A DNA stretch of 60,106 nt, filler included. It is 4 parts of 4 records of this genome, joined end to end, with 100 filler letters (N's around TTAATTAATTAA, not from the genome) between each part and the next. Parts side by side here need not be neighbours in the genome. Positions count along the whole stretch, not along the records: positions 40,736 to 60,106 come from SRR20825019_2305; 3 more parts are not named here. The stretch is one strand, 5' to 3'. The notes beneath the pieces were generated by a model, which saw only the letters and a program-made list of their open reading frames with translations, was not told the DNA's origin and made no database searches. Below, piece after piece: positions 54,960 to 60,106 of this stretch. Every line of letters starts with the position of its first letter. The stretch's first letter is position 1. A program made the position numbers and the translations under genes.

Positions 54960-57593
54960 ATGACGTGGCAGCCGAACCCGGACGGTCTGAACCAGATATG
55001 CACGATTCTCAGTAATACAACATCGCCGGATAACGCTGTTCAGCAGCAAAATCAGCAGCAGTTGGAGCAGTGTAAGGCAATTCCCGACTTTTGCAACTAT
55101 CTCGTCTATTGCTTTGCAAAACTGCCGGCAGAGCAGGCCGTTTTGCGCCAGGTTGCTGGTCTCCTTCTAAAGAATATGTTGAAGGACTTGCTTCTGACTA
55201 TGGATGGGGCCAACTTGGCGTACATCAAGCAGTGCGTAGTGGAAACCCTAGGTGATCCCCAGCATACCCTCAGGCAGACCTGTGCTGTGATCATCACTAC
55301 TATCGTGGTCACTGCTAAGAGCCTGAGTGTCTGGCCTGACCTCTTTGATGTTTTGGGGCCAGCGCTGGATTCACCTGACCAGAATAAGGTTGATGGTGCC
55401 CTCAACACTTTCGAGTTGCTCTTTGAGGACACCGGCGATATGATTGAGGATCATCCCCAAAAGCCACTTAACCAACTGGTGCCGAAGTTTATTGCCTTCT
55501 TCAAGAACCCGAACGAAAACTTCCGCAGGCATGCTCTGTCCTGTATGTGCAGTTTCATTCTGCTGATGCCGGAGGCTCTTCGTACTCACATGAAGGACTA
55601 TGTTGAGGGTCTTTACTTTTTGACTCAGGACACCACCACAGAGGTGCGGAAGCGCGTCTGCGAGTCTTTGGTGCTCTTGTGCGAAATTTGCCCAGAGGTT
55701 ATCCTGGGAAACATTCGCGACTGTATTGTGTTTTTCCTTTCTGCATCACAGGACGAGGATGAAATTGTGGCCAGGGAGGCTACGGAGTTTTGGTCTGCCT
55801 TTTGCGAAGCAGATACGCCAAAGGAAGCGTTGGTGGAGTTCCTACCAACGCTTGTTCCTCTTTTGTTGAAGAACATGGCTTACAGCGAGGATGAGGTTTT
55901 CGCTCTTATTGGTGATGGCGAAGATGACGCACACGTTGCGGATCGTCCCGAGGAGATCAAGCCTTGGTTCCATCACTCTAAGATGCATGGCAGTGGTGAA
56001 GATGATGACGAATTTGATGGCAAGGATGAGGTGCAGGAGTGGACTCTGCGCAAGTGCTCGGCGGCGGGTCTTGATATTATTTCCAACAACTACAACCAGG
56101 ATATTCTCAACTTTGTGCTGCCAGTGGTTAGCCAGAATCTGCAGAGCCCGGAGTGGAAGACCCGTGAAGCCTCCATTTTGGCTTTGGGTGCGATTGCTGA
56201 AGGTTGCTTCGATGGCGTTGAGCCCCACCTTCCACAGCTCGTCCCCTTCTTGATCCAGCTTCTTAGTGATGAGCAGCCTCTCATTCGTAGTATTTCTTGC
56301 TGGACTCTAAGCCGCTACTCTTCATGGATCTGTGCGCAGCAGCCTGAGAGCACCTATCTTACTCCCCTGATGCAGGAGCTGCTTAAGCGTGTTTTGGATC
56401 GGAACAAGAAAGTGCAGGAGGCGGGTTGCAGTGCTTTCGCCACACTGGAAGAGGAGGCTCAGGAGCATTTGGTGCCATACTTGGGTGATATCTTGAAGGT
56501 TTTGATGCAGGCATTCCAGACATATCAGCAGAAGAATATGCAGATTCTCTTTGATGCAATTGGCACCTTGGCTGACTCGGTGGGGTCTCACCTGAACAAG
56601 CCCGAGTATGTGCAAATCATCATGCCGCCGTTGATGCAGAAGTGGAACTCTCTCCCCGATGGGGACAAAGGTCTGCTGTCCTTGTTCGAGTGCCTAACCG
56701 CCGTGATTCAGGCTCTCGGTGTCGGGTTCCAGCCATATGCCCAGTCGGTGTTTGGACGCGTGCTCAACTTGACTCAGATGTCTCTCCAGGCGTTCATGAA
56801 CTCGCCCGATGCTATGCAGACCTACGAGTACAGAGAGTTGTTGGTTAGCTCGTTGGATCTCTTCAGCGGAATGTGCGAGGGCCTTGGAGCTAGTATTGAA
56901 GGTTTGATTGCTGGCACCCAGCTGCCTCAAATTCTTCTCGCATGCCTCCGAACGACCGAGATGGATATTCATCAGTCCAGCCTTGCGCTGATTGGTGACC
57001 TGGCCAAGCGTGCCATTGTGCATATCCAGCCACACCTCAACGAAATGATACCGTTGATGATGCAGTTTGTCCCGAACTACTCCAACGTTTCCGTGAGCAA
57101 CAATGCCATCTGGGCAATTGGAGAAGTCGCTATTAAGGTCAAGGGCGAGTTCGCTCCACTTGTCCCATCCCTGTTGCAGATGCTGACTCCCTTGATGTGC
57201 AATCCTAATCTCCACAGCAGCCTTCGGGAAAACACCGCCATCACCATAGGCCGCTTAGGAATGGTGTGTCCCAAGGAGGTCGCCCCAGAGCTTGGCAAGT
57301 TTGTTCAGCCGTGGCTGTTGGCGTTGGCCCAAATCAAGGACATTGCTGAGAAGGAGGACTCCTTCCGAGGGCTGTGCTCTCTCATCAAGCTTAATCCCCA
57401 GGCTGTCATGTATTCCTTCATTCATCTTGCCGACGCCATTGCGTCCTGGGACAACCCGAGTCCTGACATGAAGGAATCCTTTAAGCAAATCCTACAGGGC
57501 ATGGCCCAGTCTCTCGGTGCGCAATGGCAGGCGTTCTTTGCCACCTTCCCACCTGAGCTGAAGAATAAGCTGCAGCAGCAGTATGGGCTTTGA
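54960..57593 (+). CDS. TNPO1: Transportin-1 (importin beta-2), intronless
   Basis: MTWQPNPDGLNQI, PDFCNYL, AGLLLKN, acidic loop DRPEEIKP, WTLRKCSAAGLD, LIRSISCWTLSRY, ENTAITIGRLG. Confidence 0.95.
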   Translation: MTWQPNPDGLNQICTILSNTTSPDNAVQQQNQQQLEQCKAIPDFCNYLVYCFAKLPAEQAVLRQVAGLLLKNMLKDLLLTMDGANLAYIKQCVVETLGDPQHTLRQTCAVIITTIVVTAKSLSVWPDLFDVLGPALDSPDQNKVDGALNTFELLFEDTGDMIEDHPQKPLNQLVPKFIAFFKNPNENFRRHALSCMCSFILLMPEALRTHMKDYVEGLYFLTQDTTTEVRKRVCESLVLLCEICPEVILGNIRDCIVFFLSASQDEDEIVAREATEFWSAFCEADTPKEALVEFLPTLVPLLLKNMAYSEDEVFALIGDGEDDAHVADRPEEIKPWFHHSKMHGSGEDDDEFDGKDEVQEWTLRKCSAAGLDIISNNYNQDILNFVLPVVSQNLQSPEWKTREASILALGAIAEGCFDGVEPHLPQLVPFLIQLLSDEQPLIRSISCWTLSRYSSWICAQQPESTYLTPLMQELLKRVLDRNKKVQEAGCSAFATLEEEAQEHLVPYLGDILKVLMQAFQTYQQKNMQILFDAIGTLADSVGSHLNKPEYVQIIMPPLMQKWNSLPDGDKGLLSLFECLTAVIQALGVGFQPYAQSVFGRVLNLTQMSLQAFMNSPDAMQTYEYRELLVSSLDLFSGMCEGLGASIEGLIAGTQLPQILLACLRTTEMDIHQSSLALIGDLAKRAIVHIQPHLNEMIPLMMQFVPNYSNVSVSNNAIWAIGEVAIKVKGEFAPLVPSLLQMLTPLMCNPNLHSSLRENTAITIGRLGMVCPKEVAPELGKFVQPWLLALAQIKDIAEKEDSFRGLCSLIKLNPQAVMYSFIHLADAIASWDNPSPDMKESFKQILQGMAQSLGAQWQAFFATFPPELKNKLQQQYGL

Positions 57594-57911
57594 GTGTCTA
57601 CGCGGGCTGCGGTGGCCGCATGGGGGTCGCCTAGGGCGTGAAGCCTGTTCATGTTTTGTGTTTTTTATGTGCTTGTGTAACCGTGAACAACTTGTGTTAG
57701 TGGTATTCCCGTTTTTTTGATATCGTGGTGATATGTGGAGTCCTAATTCCGTGAGGGAGCATTTAATTAGATATTGCCCGCAAGGGTGGATGTACAATCA
57801 TTCCCTGGTCCGTTTGGGCAAGTTGATCTCCGTGGGCGTGTTGCCCTGTGAGAATAAATCCAGATGAAGGGAGTCAATTTGATATTCAGCCTCTGTGAGT
57901 GAACCTAGCCA

Positions 57912-59805
57912 TTAGTTGCCATGTCGTGGAGACAGCATCTGCCTCGCCATCTCTACCACGCGCATCTTCCCCCATCTCTTCCGGACATTGCCAGGATCCT
58001 GGGCCTCAGTACTCATAATACCAAACTGGGCCTGTACCTTAGGGCTTCCCGCTTCCATGACTACGTTTGAAGGGGTCTTGCCACCACGGTTTGTGGCCTC
58101 CAGCATCTCCTGGACGAATGGACTGAACACGAGAGTGTTCTCCGGATCTTGAAACCGTTCAAATATATGGTTTGTAAGATCTGGATTCTTACACCGCACA
58201 GCCAAATGAAGTGGTGTGTCCCCCTCGGTAGTCAGTTTGGCTAGGTGACTGGGGTTCAACGGTGGCAGTGGTACCTCCACTTCGCAAGTTCCGTTGCGGA
58301 TCTTTTTCCAATACGGGGAATCCAACTGGCGGGGAGGCGCCCCGTCAAAGAGATAATACTTGTCATCGATATGGAATTCGGGTGGATATTCTGTGTGCAT
58401 CAAGAAGTGATCTTCATCGCAATACTGGCAGAGTACTGAGACGGTTTTTTCACAATTAAACTCACAGGCCATATGCAGTGGAGTCCTCCCGAACATGTCT
58501 ATGCAGGAGCCATTAGACGACTTCAGTGGACTATGTTAACACCCACCTGTGGCGCACAGGTCCGCACCGATCTCACAGAGGAAGTCAACGATCTCTGCCC
58601 TATCTAAATATGCGGCGAATAAGAGAGGGGTGCGGTCTCCATAATAAAATGATCGTGCTGCAACGGTCCAATAAATGAACTGCCACACAGAAGCCACGTG
58701 CATTCACATACCTTCAACGGGTGATCCGATATCACACACAAGATGCTTGACCTTGTCCGTGAATCCCATTTCTATTGCGAGAAAGATTTGCCGCTGGAGA
58801 TTCACGTCCTCTTCACAAAGTATTTCGAAGTGGAGTGCTTTCTCCTCCTCAGCAGCCCCAGTGTCTGGGGGCACCACCAGTTCAAATAACTCGGGCTTCT
58901 CCTCTTGTTCGAGGAGAATGTCCCGCAGCAAGGCTAGAACCGCCTTGTGTTCTTCCAATTCATCCAAGAATTCTGAAAGCTCCTCCAGGGGCACTGCTAG
59001 AGTTCCCTTGAGGGCATTGAGGAGGTCTCGTCGCTTTAACTTCTCAGATCCGTATATGATCCGATCCGTCAGCATATTAGCGCTTGCGGAAAGTCAGCCA
59101 CACATCTACCCCAGCACTCCATGCACACAACATACTTATGCAGATTCATTAACCTTCTGAGCCGTGTCTCCGCCCAGGAAAAATTTCTCTTCTCCAAATC
59201 CTTTACCTCCTCTTCAGACAACCAGGAAAAATGAAATAGCTCATCTGGCATGTATAAGCCCACGAAACAAAAATACACACTCGCATACCTCCAAATAAGG
59301 TATTGAAATGAAAGTCGGGATCTTTCTGGGCTCTTAATAGAGCCACTCGCTGCAGGGGGGTGAATCTCTTTTCCTTCGCGTGCTCCCCTTTAGACTGCTG
59401 ACTCATCCTGATCATGCGCTCATCACCATGTCCTGCTTCTCCATCCTTTTCCACACTACCGAACGAGAGCCGCCGGCTCTCACTCTGGGAATTTCTTTTT
59501 GCTTCGTAGTCCACAAAGGAGTATGCCACTGAGCTTACCCCCTTCTTGTTCCTACCAGGAAGTGAGTCTATTTTGGAAATAGAAGGGCTTAAAAGGGGCG
59601 ATGGTGCCGGGAGGGTTGAAGATGGCACTGCACTACTCGTTCGAGAAGGAAGTCGAATCAACGATGCAGGCCTCCCCGCACGCGAGGGGCCATGGGGTGA
59701 CCTTGGAGTACCACCAGGTTCCTCCGTGTACTTGCTGTAAGTGGCCATACTGAGCTTCGCCGGTCTCTTCTTTACCAAGGGCGGCGGAGTACCAAAGAAT
59801 ACCAT
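57912..59805 (-). CDS. Multi-exon ankyrin-repeat protein (start codon uncertain: 59805 or 59748)
   Basis: DRTPLLFAA, GRTPLHMAC, GDTPLHLAV, GKTP motifs; GT-AG introns between ORFs. Confidence 0.75.
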
Positions 59806-60106
59806 TGTGCAAAATCCTATACCGTGGTTTGTGACAACCACCGCAAGCTGCAGTCAGTTGTTACAGGCGATCGAGCTTCTTTCTTTGTTAACTCCGAGCC
59901 ATTACACCAAGTAACTAAGTCACATATCTATAGAGGCCTCCGGGCGTGCCCAATATTGTCTATTGCCGGCAGCACTGGCTGACTGCCCGGCTGCCGCAGC
60001 GCAGTGCTCAGCTGCGGCCCGGGGGCCCGGGGCCGCACAGCTGCGCCGTCGCGGTGCTGGGGTTAGTCAGTGCCGGGGCAGTTCCGTCCCGCGCCGGCCG
60101 CGGCCC

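Overview
This window is not one genome. It is four unrelated contigs joined by artificial 100-nt spacers (N44-TTAATTAATTAA-N44 at 12073-12172, 32662-32761 and 40636-40735). (1) 1-12072 is a high-GC alphaproteobacterial contig, probably Rhodobacteraceae. It carries sugar-acid catabolism genes, a complete queCDEF operon with a textbook class I preQ1 riboswitch, and an HxlR/PaaI/MATE module with paired operators. (2) 12173-32661 and (4) 40736-60106 look like one intron-rich, gene-dense, flagellated protist with mostly ~45-65 nt introns. Its 13 resolvable genes alternate strictly in orientation. Convergent gaps are tiny, and divergent gaps hold GC-rich, palindrome-rich islands flanked by TATA-like boxes. 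Genes include a GT41/OGT-like enzyme with a signal-peptide-like N-terminus, AXDND1-like, Kelch, PIBF1/CEP90, a stand-alone STAND ATPase, a 7-exon PEX4 that the ORF track misses, RIOX2-like JmjC, GrpB-like, transportin-1 and ankyrin proteins. (3) 32762-40635 is a kinetoplastid-like contig with six intronless genes on one strand, ~90-140 nt U-rich spacers, OLA1 and an acylated dual-specificity phosphatase. All calls come from manual motif recognition; no searches were run, and taxonomy is inferred.
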